Assembly (NCBI GenBank): GCA_963667035.1 | Contig: OY762964.1 | Span: 2,624,001 to 2,688,000 of the forward strand | Direction of reading: 5' to 3' | Origin: Candidatus Cloacimonadales bacterium | GTDB lineage: Bacteria; Cloacimonadota; Cloacimonadia; Cloacimonadales; JAFGVF01 | Length of the DNA: 64,000 bases | In this document: positions 49,491 to 59,117 of the stretch, in pieces | Layout of the letters: each line of letters begins with the position of its first letter | Position numbering within the stretch: the stretch's first letter is position 1 | The notes under the pieces: model-generated | The model's database searches: none | What the model was told of the DNA's origin: nothing | Seen by the model: only the letters and a program-made list of their open reading frames with translations | Translations under genes and position numbers: made by a program

Positions 49491-51100
49491 AAAAAAGATT
49501 CTGGTTTTTAAGTTATTTTGTCCTAGATATGCTACTTATCTTTGGCTCTTTTGCATTAGTAGCATGGTATATGAAAGGAACACGTAATATCCTAAAAGAC
49601 TATAGTAAACCATTCTTGGGCTATCTTTTTACTTGGCAACTTGCCGGATTATGGGGTGGAAAATACACTATTAGGAAAAAGAATTCAGTTCAAGATATTT
49701 GGAAATCAATCGTTGTTAATGATGTATTTGCAATAGCGGTAATAGTTTGTGCAATACTCTTCTTTAAAAGATTCACATATTCTCAGTCGTTAGTATTCGG
49801 TACAATGGTTCTATCTGTAGGATCTGAGTTAATAATTTTCACTCTACTATATTACTCTTTCAGATTCTATCTTGATAACCCGAGTTTTGCAAAAACGACC
49901 TTAGTAACCAAATCAAGAATGCTGGAAGAGATTCCTTCAGGTATTGAGAACAAGAAATACAATCCTATATCTGATCAGGATAGTCTACCTACTGACTATT
50001 GCTCAGATAATAAATATGCACCTTTTACAGATAGAGGTGATTTGAGCGTTAGGACTGATTTAAAGAGAAACTATTTATCCGGTAAAGTAAAACTGTTTAA
50101 TTTCTTGGATGAGTTTGTTGAGTTGAAAAACATAAGTAAGAATGATTCTCTAGTTATTAATAGTCAGACATTCTATAATATAGAGGTGATTGAGAAAGAT
50201 TCAAAAGAGTTGTTTGTTAATCTACATCGAATTAACGATTTTAGGCGTATAAACAAATTCTTGATTCAATTAAATGAAATTATAAAACCCGATGGTATAT
50301 TGGTTGCTAATGTTGAAACATTTCAGGAGCAAAAGCATCAGTTAATGAAGAAATATACTTCTTTTTTTGGAAGTATAATATACATGTTTGATTTCTGTTT
50401 TAGAAGAGTTTTCCCAAAAGTAATGCTACTTAAGGGTCTATACTTTGCATTAACAAAAGGGAGGAATAGGGCTTTATCCGAGACGGAAGTATTGGGTAGA
50501 TTATATTACTGTGGATTTGAGCTAATTGAAAGCAGAAAAATAGGGACAAGACTTTATCTCATCGCCAGGAAAATTCAGAATCCTAAGAATGATGATAACC
50601 CTTCCTATGGACCGTTAATCAAATTGCGTAGAAGGGGAAAGAACGGTAAGACAATATTTTTATACAAAATTAGAACAATGCACCCATATTCAGAGTATTT
50701 ACAGAATTATATCTATAAAAAATACAAATTACAGAAAGGTGGCAAGTTTGCTAATGATCCTCGTGTTACAAGTTGGGGAAAAGTTTTCAGAAAGCTTTGG
50801 ATTGATGAGTTACCTCAGTTTATAAACTTCTTCAAGGGTGAAGTTGGATTAGTTGGCGTAAGAGCCTTAAGTGAGCACTATTTTAGTTTATATCCTGAGG
50901 ATGTACAGGAACTAAGGATAAAGGTTAAACCTGGATTGCTACCCCCATTTTATGCTGATATGCCAGAGAGCTTTGAAGAGATAGTGCAATCGGAAAAACG
51001 ATATCTGCTTAAAAAGTTAAAGCACCCGATTATCACAGATTTTACATACTTCTTCAAGTGCATGTTCAACATCTTGATTAAAAAAGTGAGAAGCCACTAA
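49487..51100 (+). CDS. Priming sugar (phosphoglycosyl) transferase with inserted central domain
   Basis: Start re-assigned to ATG 49487 (ATGA overlap with previous stop); N-terminal TMs; C-terminal GKNGK...YKIRTM...DPRVT..G..FRKLWIDELPQ..N...LVGVR...KPGL. Confidence 0.85.
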   Translation: MKKRFWFLSYFVLDMLLIFGSFALVAWYMKGTRNILKDYSKPFLGYLFTWQLAGLWGGKYTIRKKNSVQDIWKSIVVNDVFAIAVIVCAILFFKRFTYSQSLVFGTMVLSVGSELIIFTLLYYSFRFYLDNPSFAKTTLVTKSRMLEEIPSGIENKKYNPISDQDSLPTDYCSDNKYAPFTDRGDLSVRTDLKRNYLSGKVKLFNFLDEFVELKNISKNDSLVINSQTFYNIEVIEKDSKELFVNLHRINDFRRINKFLIQLNEIIKPDGILVANVETFQEQKHQLMKKYTSFFGSIIYMFDFCFRRVFPKVMLLKGLYFALTKGRNRALSETEVLGRLYYCGFELIESRKIGTRLYLIARKIQNPKNDDNPSYGPLIKLRRRGKNGKTIFLYKIRTMHPYSEYLQNYIYKKYKLQKGGKFANDPRVTSWGKVFRKLWIDELPQFINFFKGEVGLVGVRALSEHYFSLYPEDVQELRIKVKPGLLPPFYADMPESFEEIVQSEKRYLLKKLKHPIITDFTYFFKCMFNILIKKVRSH

Positions 51101-52050
51101 TGAGAGTTCTTTTTGTTAGTAGTGGCTCTAGAATAGGTTTATCCCCTATCATTAAAAATCAAGGAGAATCACTTAAAAGAGAAGGAATTGATATTGAATA
51201 CTATTTGCTAAAACATAGTGGGATAGTTGGATACATCAAATCAATACCGGAGTTAAAGCAATACCTAAAGAATAATAAATTTGATATTATACATGCTCAT
51301 TATGGTTATTGCGGAATTGTGTCGCATTTTGCAAGGTCAAAGGAGAAGCTTGTTGTTTCAATGATGGGCTCAGAATTCTTATGGAGCAAAATCTCAAAAA
51401 AGAAATGTGCCGGTTTTATTCATAAGACCTTAAACAATCTTTTTTGTCGATATTATGACCATATTATTGTTAAATCAAGAGAGTTGTTTTCTTACCTTGA
51501 CAAAGAAAATGATAATTCTTCTGTCATTCCTAATGGTGTTTCTTTTGAAAGATTTAAACCGATAAATAATGAGATAGCAAGGGATTTCTTGAAATGGTCT
51601 AAAGATGAATATTATTTTGTCTTTCCCGGAAACGATGAAAGACCTGAAAAGAATTTTAAATTAGCTAAAGAAAGTGTATTGAAAACAGGTTTAGATATAA
51701 ATATCATTCCTTTTAAGAATATCCCCAATGAAGACCTTGTATATTACTATAATGCAGCAGATTTAGTATTATTTACTTCTGTTTATGAAGGATCACCGAA
51801 TGTGATAAAAGAGGCTTTGGCGTGTAATGCCAAAATAATATCCACACCATGTGGAGATGTTCCGGAGATATTATCGGGATGTACAGGTTGCAGATTAGTA
51901 GATTATGATAGCGAGTCAATAAAAAAGGCAATTGTTGAGCTTTTAAATAGTAATGAGCAATCAAACGGTAGAGAAGTCATCGTTTATCTACAAGATAATA
52001 TTATTGCTTCAAAGATAGTTAAAATTTATGAATCATTATTAATAGCGTAA
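51100..52050 (+). CDS. GT4 glycosyltransferase
   Basis: DIIHAHYG, IPNGV, RPEKNF, EGSPNVIKEALAC. Confidence 0.88.
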   Translation: MRVLFVSSGSRIGLSPIIKNQGESLKREGIDIEYYLLKHSGIVGYIKSIPELKQYLKNNKFDIIHAHYGYCGIVSHFARSKEKLVVSMMGSEFLWSKISKKKCAGFIHKTLNNLFCRYYDHIIVKSRELFSYLDKENDNSSVIPNGVSFERFKPINNEIARDFLKWSKDEYYFVFPGNDERPEKNFKLAKESVLKTGLDINIIPFKNIPNEDLVYYYNAADLVLFTSVYEGSPNVIKEALACNAKIISTPCGDVPEILSGCTGCRLVDYDSESIKKAIVELLNSNEQSNGREVIVYLQDNIIASKIVKIYESLLIA

Positions 52051-52071
52051 TCTCTTTTATAAGGAGTAGAA

Positions 52072-53124
52072 ATGAAGATATTAGTTACAGGAACAGCCGG
52101 ATTTATTGGATATCATTTAGTAAATAGACTTGTTAAGATAGATGGTATTGAAGTTGTCGGATTGGATATTATCAACGATTATTATGATTTAAGTGTCAAG
52201 TATGGTAGGTTAAATAATGCAGGTATTGAAATGGAGTTTATTAAACGAAATATACTGATTCAGAGTAATAAATATCCCAATTATAGGTTTATTAAGCTTG
52301 ATTTAATTGATCAGAAAAACCTATATAAACTATTTGCTGATGAGAAATTCGACATAGTTGTTAATCTTGCTGCTCAGGCTGGGGTTCGTTACAGTATTAC
52401 TAATCCTGATGCTTATATAGAAAGCAATATTATTGGTTTCTTCAATATTCTTGAAGCTTCAAGACATAACAAGATAAAACATCTTGTTTATGCTAGCAGT
52501 TCAAGTGTTTATGGATGGAATGAAAGTATGCCGTTCAGTACTTCTGACAATGTAGATCACCCAATAAGTCTTTATGCAGCAAGTAAAAAATCTAATGAGT
52601 TGCTAGCTCATTCTTACTCTGCACTTTACAATATCCCGACTACAGGTCTGCGATTTTTTACTGTTTACGGTCCATGGGGAAGACCTGATATGGCTTTGTT
52701 TATATTTACCGAGAACATCTTAAAGGGTGAGCCCATTAAGGTCTTTAATTATGGCAAAATGAAGCGAGATTTTACTTATATTGATGATATAGTAGAAGGA
52801 ATTAGAAGAGTAATTTTTAATCCTTCAGAACCAAACAAAGATTGGTCGGGAGTGGACCCTGATCCGGGTAGTTCAAAAGCTCCATATAAGATTTATAATA
52901 TTGGAAATAATTCACCTGTGCTACTTATGGAGTTTATAAATGCAATTGAAGAAACTCTTGGAATTGAGGCAAAAAAAGATTTATTACCTCTTCAACCTGG
53001 AGATGTCCCTGCAAGTCATGCGGATGTTACTGATTTGATTGAGAATTTAGGTTATAAGCCTGCAACCCCTATTAAAGAGGGTATTGAAAAGTTTATATCA
53101 TGGTATAAAGAATTTTATCAATAA
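52072..53124 (+). CDS. NAD-dependent epimerase, UDP-glucuronate 4-epimerase-like
   Basis: TGTAGFIG, NLAAQAGVRYS, YASSSSVYG, SLYAASKK, GLRFFTVYGPWGRPDMA, QPGDV. Confidence 0.92.
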   Translation: MKILVTGTAGFIGYHLVNRLVKIDGIEVVGLDIINDYYDLSVKYGRLNNAGIEMEFIKRNILIQSNKYPNYRFIKLDLIDQKNLYKLFADEKFDIVVNLAAQAGVRYSITNPDAYIESNIIGFFNILEASRHNKIKHLVYASSSSVYGWNESMPFSTSDNVDHPISLYAASKKSNELLAHSYSALYNIPTTGLRFFTVYGPWGRPDMALFIFTENILKGEPIKVFNYGKMKRDFTYIDDIVEGIRRVIFNPSEPNKDWSGVDPDPGSSKAPYKIYNIGNNSPVLLMEFINAIEETLGIEAKKDLLPLQPGDVPASHADVTDLIENLGYKPATPIKEGIEKFISWYKEFYQ

Positions 53125-53158
53125 TCTATAAGGGGATATTTATTATTCCCTTAGTTAT

Positions 53159-53199
53159 AAAAAAGCCATTTATCACCGGGGAGTATGGTGATAAATGGC
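53159..53199 (-). terminator. Intrinsic terminator oriented on the minus strand
   Basis: GCCATTTATCACC-ATACTCCCC-GGTGATAAATGGC-TTTTTT; the T tract exists only on the minus strand although both flanking genes are on plus. Confidence 0.85.
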
Positions 53200-53251
53200 A
53201 TGTCTATTAGTAAACCCTCTCGCCGACATTATATTACATATCTAATGTCAT
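53159..53251 (-). ncRNA. Candidate ~93-nt sigma54-dependent small RNA
   Basis: Bounded by a -24/-12 promoter (53262-53278) and a 13-bp intrinsic terminator with U tract; 5' hairpin GACAUUA/UAAUGUC; no meaningful ORF. Confidence 0.65.
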
Positions 53252-53261
53252 AATATATAAA

Positions 53262-53278
53262 TGCAGAAAGCGTTCCAA
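53262..53278 (-). promoter_or_regulatory. sigma54 (-24/-12) promoter
   Basis: Minus strand TTGGAACGCTTTCTGCA, GG-N10-GC. Confidence 0.7.
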
Positions 53279-53676
53279 TTACAAATGAAAACTTAATTTC
53301 TTTTATGTTAGGCAGTTAGCTGTTTACGTTAAATTTATTCCTTTTATTTATAATGATTTATTTTGGCATGATATCTATTTTAATGGAAAATGCTCCAATT
53401 ATTCTAAAAGGCACTATTACTCAAATATAACTATCGCTAATCAATCACTATATTTAGTTTTCATATACTAATAAAGCAATCGCTCCAAATTATGAATTTG
53501 CTCCATTTTGCCATAAATCTATAAATACTGTAATACCTACATTTTACGCATAATCAGAAAAAAGTTTATTCACAACTTCTTAACTTATTTGTTTACAATA
53601 TGAAGTTTGTTCATTTATTTTGACATACTTAGCTTGTTACAAATAAACAAGTATCATAAAATAAGGAGTTAATTCA

Positions 53677-54978
53677 ATGAAGAAAACATTATTAGTTTTA
53701 CTAACAATCACTGTATGCTTCTCCGTATTTGCTAATGGTTTTAATCTTAATACCGTTGGAGCAAGGGCTTTTGGTTTAGGTGGAGCAATGGTTGGTTTGG
53801 CTGACGATCCAACTGCATTTCATTGGAATCCTGCCGGATTAGCAACTCAGGATAGTTCTATTCAATTACTTGGTCATGACATTATACCTGCTTTAAGCTA
53901 TGAATATAGTTTGGCTGGAATTGATGCGGAATCAGAGACAAAACATTACCCACCACCAGCACTTTTCTGGAACCATAAGGTCAAACCAACAATGGCAATA
54001 GGTTTTGGTATGTGTGTTCCTTCTGCTATTGGTGCAGCATGGGACGGAAAGGATTTAATGGGGTTCAATGGCCCTGCTCATTATCCTGTGCCCGGAACCG
54101 GTATTGTTTTAGACAATATTTTGACTAGTCCTCTTGAGTGGGAAAGCCAAGTAATGGTTGCTCATTTTGGTCCTTCTATTGCATATCGAGCTTCAGAAAA
54201 ACTCTCTTTAGGTGCTACTGCGGAACTTAGTTACGGAAGCATGAAGCTTAACATGGGTGATGACCTTACGAACAACTTTGATGCTACTGATCAGACTCCT
54301 GATGGAATGATGGATACTCAGTATAATGAGGACTCATCCGGACTTGGTTTTGGTGTTAATCTTGGTTTAAAATACGAATTCAATGATGAATTCAGTATTG
54401 GTGCCGTATATCGTTCACCGGTTAGTTTTGCTTTTAAACAGGATGATGCTGAACTGGTTACTCCCAATGGTACATTGAATGCTGAAATGACACGTTATAT
54501 TACATGGCCAATGATGTTAGGATTTGGTACAGCTATTCAAGTTAAACCATATTGGACTCTTACTGCTGATGTTCAATATACTGAATGGTCAATTATGGAT
54601 GAACTAAAGACAGAGCTTGATTTTGATAACGATGCTCTGGACAGAGTTAAAGTTACTCATCTTGACTGGGTAGACGCTACTCAGTATAGAATTGGTAACG
54701 AATTCAAAGTGCATAAGATGTGGGATGTTAGATTAGGTTATTATTATGACCCTTCACCTGCACCAAATGAGACAATCAATATTCTTTTCCCTTCACATAC
54801 TTATCATGCTGTAACAACCGGTTTTGGTTATCATAATGATAAATTTGCCGCTGATTTAGGTTTTGAATATCTGATGGGAGACGAAAGAGAAGCTGTTGGT
54901 GTTTATGGAGCAGAAATGCCCGGTACATACCAGATGAATATAACTTCTCTGGCATTATCTCTTACCTATAAGTACTAA
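53677..54978 (+). CDS. OmpP1/FadL-family outer-membrane beta-barrel transporter
   Basis: NGF.LN..GARA.GLGGA..GLADDPTA..WNPAGL N-terminus, YTEWS, R.GYYYDPSP.P, C-terminal LTYKY. Confidence 0.9.
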   Translation: MKKTLLVLLTITVCFSVFANGFNLNTVGARAFGLGGAMVGLADDPTAFHWNPAGLATQDSSIQLLGHDIIPALSYEYSLAGIDAESETKHYPPPALFWNHKVKPTMAIGFGMCVPSAIGAAWDGKDLMGFNGPAHYPVPGTGIVLDNILTSPLEWESQVMVAHFGPSIAYRASEKLSLGATAELSYGSMKLNMGDDLTNNFDATDQTPDGMMDTQYNEDSSGLGFGVNLGLKYEFNDEFSIGAVYRSPVSFAFKQDDAELVTPNGTLNAEMTRYITWPMMLGFGTAIQVKPYWTLTADVQYTEWSIMDELKTELDFDNDALDRVKVTHLDWVDATQYRIGNEFKVHKMWDVRLGYYYDPSPAPNETINILFPSHTYHAVTTGFGYHNDKFAADLGFEYLMGDEREAVGVYGAEMPGTYQMNITSLALSLTYKY

Positions 54979-55016
54979 TATTACAGAATAACTATTCGCA
55001 GGATATATGAACTGCA

Positions 55017-55045
55017 AAAGGCTGATGAATCATTCATCAGCCTTT
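55017..55045 (+). terminator. Intrinsic terminator after FadL-like gene
   Basis: AAAGGCTGATGAA-TCA-TTCATCAGCCTTT. Confidence 0.8.
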
Positions 55046-55117
55046 CTATATACCCATTAATCTTATAATTGGTTTATAACTCTAAATTATATTCCAGTAT
55101 CTTTGTACTAATATAAC

Positions 55118-55192
55118 ACACGGGAATCTCTCGGGACTTTACACGAGAAATTCCCGAACAATTCCTGAGAAAGTCCTGTCTTATTCCCGAGG
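55118..55192. repeat. Degenerate 11-bp-period inverted array (third, more divergent element)
   Basis: acacgggaatc tctcgggactt | tacacgaga | aattcccgaac aattcctgaga aagtcctgtct tattcccgagg. Confidence 0.55.
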
Positions 55193-55336
55193 ATTGAATA
55201 TGGCCAGAGAAGATGCCGTGATAGTAAAGATAGGATTATTGGTGTTGTTAGGTATAGCTATTGCATACTATTCTATCAATACAGTAGGGCTAAAAAACAA
55301 TATAGGGCTTTATAATGTTATCGTTGAAGTTGATCT

Positions 55337-56488
55337 TTATTCTTTCAACGCCTCAATTTCTTGCATCATAACATCAAAGTAATTGCCAACCCATTCCGGT
55401 TTGACATCTACCTCCTTACTGCTTAAAAAACTGGCAAATGAATCTTCATGTTCCGGAGAAAATCCATGCATTCCCGGTAAAGCATTCCTTCCCATGTCAG
55501 AAGGTGCAATTTGTACACCCGGTTCCATTAATACTATATCATCTCCGTACATATTGTCCGGGAAGTTTATTCCATATTTTATCTTATCATTCTCGTTCAA
55601 TAATCTTGAATATGGAATAGTTTTTATTACATCCTTTATTGATTTTCGGGCATTGTCGTTGAAGTAATAAAAATGAATCATTGTAGAATCATAGACTGCA
55701 ATGTAATCCTTACCGAATTTAAGAGGTAGTGCTTCCACTATCTTTTTCGCATCAACAGTCTGAGTTAGTGTTGTCATACCATGGTCGGAAATAATGAAAA
55801 GATTATATTCATCATAATTCTTTTCCATTTCCTGCTTTAGTGTAAATATTTTCTCAGAATACCAATCTAACTTCTGTCTAACTTCTTTACCATCCTTGGT
55901 AACCTGATGTAACAATCCATCCATGGCAGCAGTATATAGAAAGGCAAAATCAATACTTTTATTAGAAACATCTTTAATCAGACTATTAATGTTTTCCTCT
56001 TCCGATAATCGCCAGTTAGATATATGATACTTTAATCCTGCTTCCTCAAGCTTATCTGCCAAATTTGGCACAGGAGACAAACCATTAGGAATGAACATAT
56101 CTTTCTTCTCTATGTAATCAAAATAGGGTAATCTGGCAAAAGGCATGGCGTACATCTCAAAATAGCCTGTGAAACCATAAAGTTTAGCAATAATCTTTGA
56201 GAATAGATGTCTGAATCTCCATCGATCAAAGATAACTCCGGGTAGAAACTTTAGAAGTTTAAAAAGCTTAAACGGTGATTCTTGAGGATTGTAGTAGTAA
56301 AAACTGAGATGCTTATGTACTTCCGGTTTTTGTCCTGTAAGTATGGTTGGAATTGCAGTGCAAGAGTAACCGAATTGCATCTTAACTTTGTTTCTATATG
56401 GTAGTAATTCTTCCAGAAAATGGTGCTTTTGCACGATTTCCCACCCTAAGGCATCTATAAACATAAATACAGATAGTTTTCTCATCAT
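55337..56488 (-). CDS. Alkaline phosphatase superfamily protein (nucleotide pyrophosphatase/phosphodiesterase-like), cytoplasmic
   Basis: FIDALGW, GYSCTAIPTILTG, DGLLH, IISDHGM, GMHGF; no signal peptide. Confidence 0.8.
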   Translation of the reverse strand: MMRKLSVFMFIDALGWEIVQKHHFLEELLPYRNKVKMQFGYSCTAIPTILTGQKPEVHKHLSFYYYNPQESPFKLFKLLKFLPGVIFDRWRFRHLFSKIIAKLYGFTGYFEMYAMPFARLPYFDYIEKKDMFIPNGLSPVPNLADKLEEAGLKYHISNWRLSEEENINSLIKDVSNKSIDFAFLYTAAMDGLLHQVTKDGKEVRQKLDWYSEKIFTLKQEMEKNYDEYNLFIISDHGMTTLTQTVDAKKIVEALPLKFGKDYIAVYDSTMIHFYYFNDNARKSIKDVIKTIPYSRLLNENDKIKYGINFPDNMYGDDIVLMEPGVQIAPSDMGRNALPGMHGFSPEHEDSFASFLSSKEVDVKPEWVGNYFDVMMQEIEALKE

Positions 56489-58335
56489 AAACCTTTCCTA
56501 TTTCTCTCACTAAGAAGAACTAAGTCCTTCAGTTCTTGGTTTCCACGAGCAGCTAGCCATCTCTTCTCAAAATCCTTATGATGAACCACTTGGGCAATAG
56601 ATGCTAGAGCTCTCAGATGTTGATTTCTTCTGTCAAGAGTTCCGGCGAGAACAAAGATAGCTTTAACTTCTTGGTAAAGGTCCGTATAATTAGTTCCTTT
56701 TCTCGTTCTGATTAACATGATCTGGAATCTGTCCTCTCCTTCCAGAATCAGGTGAGGCACTGCTAGGAAAGGAGTCAAAGCTGTCGAACTCTGTGCTTCT
56801 CTTTCCTTTAATGATTTTAAAACATCAGCTTCTTCCAGATTTAGATGATTACTCATCTTAATAGATATTCTATGGAATAATTCTTCTACGCCAATTTTTT
56901 CATCGATATCCAAGACAAGAGAGTTCTCAATTAAATAATCAAAACTGTCTTTATCAATCTCATCACGTTGATACAAAATCTCTTTTAATTCAGATTCAAG
57001 ATTGTAGCTAGTAAGCTTTTTATTCATCATTCTTTCAGCAAGGTGAAGAAGTGCATATTCTTGTTTTGAACGCTTTCTACCATAAGCCATATAGATGATA
57101 AATCCAATCACAATGAGACCAAGACTAATTAGAATTGCTTTTAATCCCATATCACTTATCAAAAAAATGAAAGCAATAATTCCTACAAACTGTACCCACG
57201 GATATAAGGGAGACTTGAAACTGGGTCTGTAATTCTGCATTCTGCTTTCTCTTAAAATCATAACAGATATATGTGAAAGGATGTAGTTCATAATTATTAC
57301 AGTCGAGGCAGCTTTAACAAGTATCTCTAAGTCGACCAGAAGTGCCAAAACAATAAAAGTACCGGTTAGTATGATTGAAACATACGGGGTACTTCTCTTA
57401 TCGGTTTTAGCTAAAAGAGTAGGAACCAATTCATCTCTACCTAGAGCAAGAGGATACCTTGATGCTGCCATTATTCCTGCGTTTGCAGTAGTTATAAATG
57501 CCAACATAGAAGCTACAGTAATTGCCCAATAACCGAAGTTTCCTAAAATCATTTTAGATGATTGAGCAATAGGTGTTTCTATGTTACCCGGAAGGATTAG
57601 TTTGTCTCCCATAACCCCTACTGTCACAAGTAACATAAAAGAGTATAGTATAATAGCAACAATAAGTGAGCTAATCAAAGCAAAAGGAATGTTTTTCTTA
57701 GGATCTTTGATCTCTTCACTCATACTGGCAATTTTAAGTAATCCGCCATAAGATACGAACACAAAACCGGCTGTTGTGAAAATGGTATTATAATTCTTGC
57801 CATCAGGAATAAATGGAACGAAGTTCTCTACATTAATCTTACCTAAACCTGCCAAAATATAAGTTAGCATCAGTAAAAAAAGGAATATGACAAGGATAGC
57901 TTGGAATTTACCGGCTTCTTTTACCCCCACCAGATTCAAGCCAACAAAACCAGCCGTAAACAGTATTCCAAAGAGCTGAGTATTTATTCCAGGTAACATC
58001 ATCTTTAGTACAAATACAATACCGATAATACCGAATGCACTTTTAAGGGAAAGGGCAAACCAACTTAACAATCCTGATACCGTACCAACTGATGATCCCA
58101 AACTACGAGTTATAAAAAAGTAATCTCCTCCTGCTTTTGGCATTGCTGTTGCTAATTCTGCTATGCTAAAGACACCGGTCATTGCAAGTAAACCGGCAAG
58201 AAAATAAGAGATAAAAATTGATGGCCCGGCTAGTTGATATGCGATACCGGGAAGAATGAATATTCCTGAACTAATCATTGCTCCGGAAGCAATACTAAAG
58301 ACTTCGAAGAAGCCCAATTCCTTTTTTAATTCCAT
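56485..58335 (-). CDS. APC-family amino acid permease fused to PTS EIIA(Ntr/Fru)-type domain
   Basis: GAMISSGIFILPG, ELATAMPKAGGDY, SEEIKDP.KNIP; C-terminal ERE..SSTA...AVPH with conserved His. Confidence 0.88.
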   Translation of the reverse strand: MELKKELGFFEVFSIASGAMISSGIFILPGIAYQLAGPSIFISYFLAGLLAMTGVFSIAELATAMPKAGGDYFFITRSLGSSVGTVSGLLSWFALSLKSAFGIIGIVFVLKMMLPGINTQLFGILFTAGFVGLNLVGVKEAGKFQAILVIFLFLLMLTYILAGLGKINVENFVPFIPDGKNYNTIFTTAGFVFVSYGGLLKIASMSEEIKDPKKNIPFALISSLIVAIILYSFMLLVTVGVMGDKLILPGNIETPIAQSSKMILGNFGYWAITVASMLAFITTANAGIMAASRYPLALGRDELVPTLLAKTDKRSTPYVSIILTGTFIVLALLVDLEILVKAASTVIIMNYILSHISVMILRESRMQNYRPSFKSPLYPWVQFVGIIAFIFLISDMGLKAILISLGLIVIGFIIYMAYGRKRSKQEYALLHLAERMMNKKLTSYNLESELKEILYQRDEIDKDSFDYLIENSLVLDIDEKIGVEELFHRISIKMSNHLNLEEADVLKSLKEREAQSSTALTPFLAVPHLILEGEDRFQIMLIRTRKGTNYTDLYQEVKAIFVLAGTLDRRNQHLRALASIAQVVHHKDFEKRWLAARGNQELKDLVLLSERNRKGL

Positions 58336-58778
58336 CTGCTCTCCAGTTCTGTTTTTAAATAACCTTCAATTTCAACGGTTCGCTCTTCACCATCATAACT
58401 GAATGATAGCTTTATTGCCGGTAAGGGTAATACTTCTTCTGCAAGAAGAGGCCACTCTATTACAGTAATATTACCCTCGATAAAGTCAGTAATACCCAAA
58501 GCAAATACTTCATCAATGTCACCCAACCTGTAAAAATCAAGATGGTTGACGATGAATCCTTCTCCGCTATACTGATTTAAAAGTACATAAGAAGGACTAC
58601 TAACATTTTCAGAAATACCTAAAAAACTACAAAGGTGTCTTGTATAAAATGTTTTTCCTGCTCCCAGCTCACCGTAAAGGAAAACAAGTTCTCCCTTTTT
58701 TAAAATATCTGCAGAAAGCTTTGCCAACTTAATAGTATCAGATTCAGTTTTTAACTTTAACTTCATTTTCACTCTCAT
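58326..58778 (-). CDS. tsaE: tRNA threonylcarbamoyladenosine biosynthesis ATPase TsaE
   Basis: GELGAGKT, VSSPSY.L, HLDFYRL, VIEWP. Confidence 0.95.
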   Translation of the reverse strand: MRVKMKLKLKTESDTIKLAKLSADILKKGELVFLYGELGAGKTFYTRHLCSFLGISENVSSPSYVLLNQYSGEGFIVNHLDFYRLGDIDEVFALGITDFIEGNITVIEWPLLAEEVLPLPAIKLSFSYDGEERTVEIEGYLKTELESRWN

Positions 58779-59117
58779 AAATAATTTAGTTCAAAATTCT
58801 ATCTTTGAAAATTGAAAGGCAAGATAAATGTTCTATTTAGCTATAGAAATGTTACATTGTTACTAAAACCGTGTTGTAAAAAAGATAATGTATATTAAAT
58901 AAAATGGTTACTGTAAGATATACTAAGAAATCACTTGGTTATTGTAAATTTTACATCTCTAAAACTTATGATAAGGCTTTATAAGAGTGAATAATTCAGA
59001 TGAGAACAATCATTAGGGGCATTTTTTCTTACTTGACAAACAATTGTCTCAAGGAGTTTTATAGCATATAATACCTGAATTGTAAACTAATGATTTGAAT
59101 TAAATAGAGGAGATAAT

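Noticed and set aside
53212..53228. Complementarity of the candidate sRNA (UGUCGGCGAG) to leader 3 (UUCGCCGACA, 25603-25612)
   Set aside because: Only 9-10 nt, mismatched in leader 2 and absent in leader 1; compatible with chance.
53363..53380. Plus-strand TTGGCATG as a sigma54 promoter for the FadL-like gene
   Set aside because: No GC at the -12 position (GG-N10-AT).
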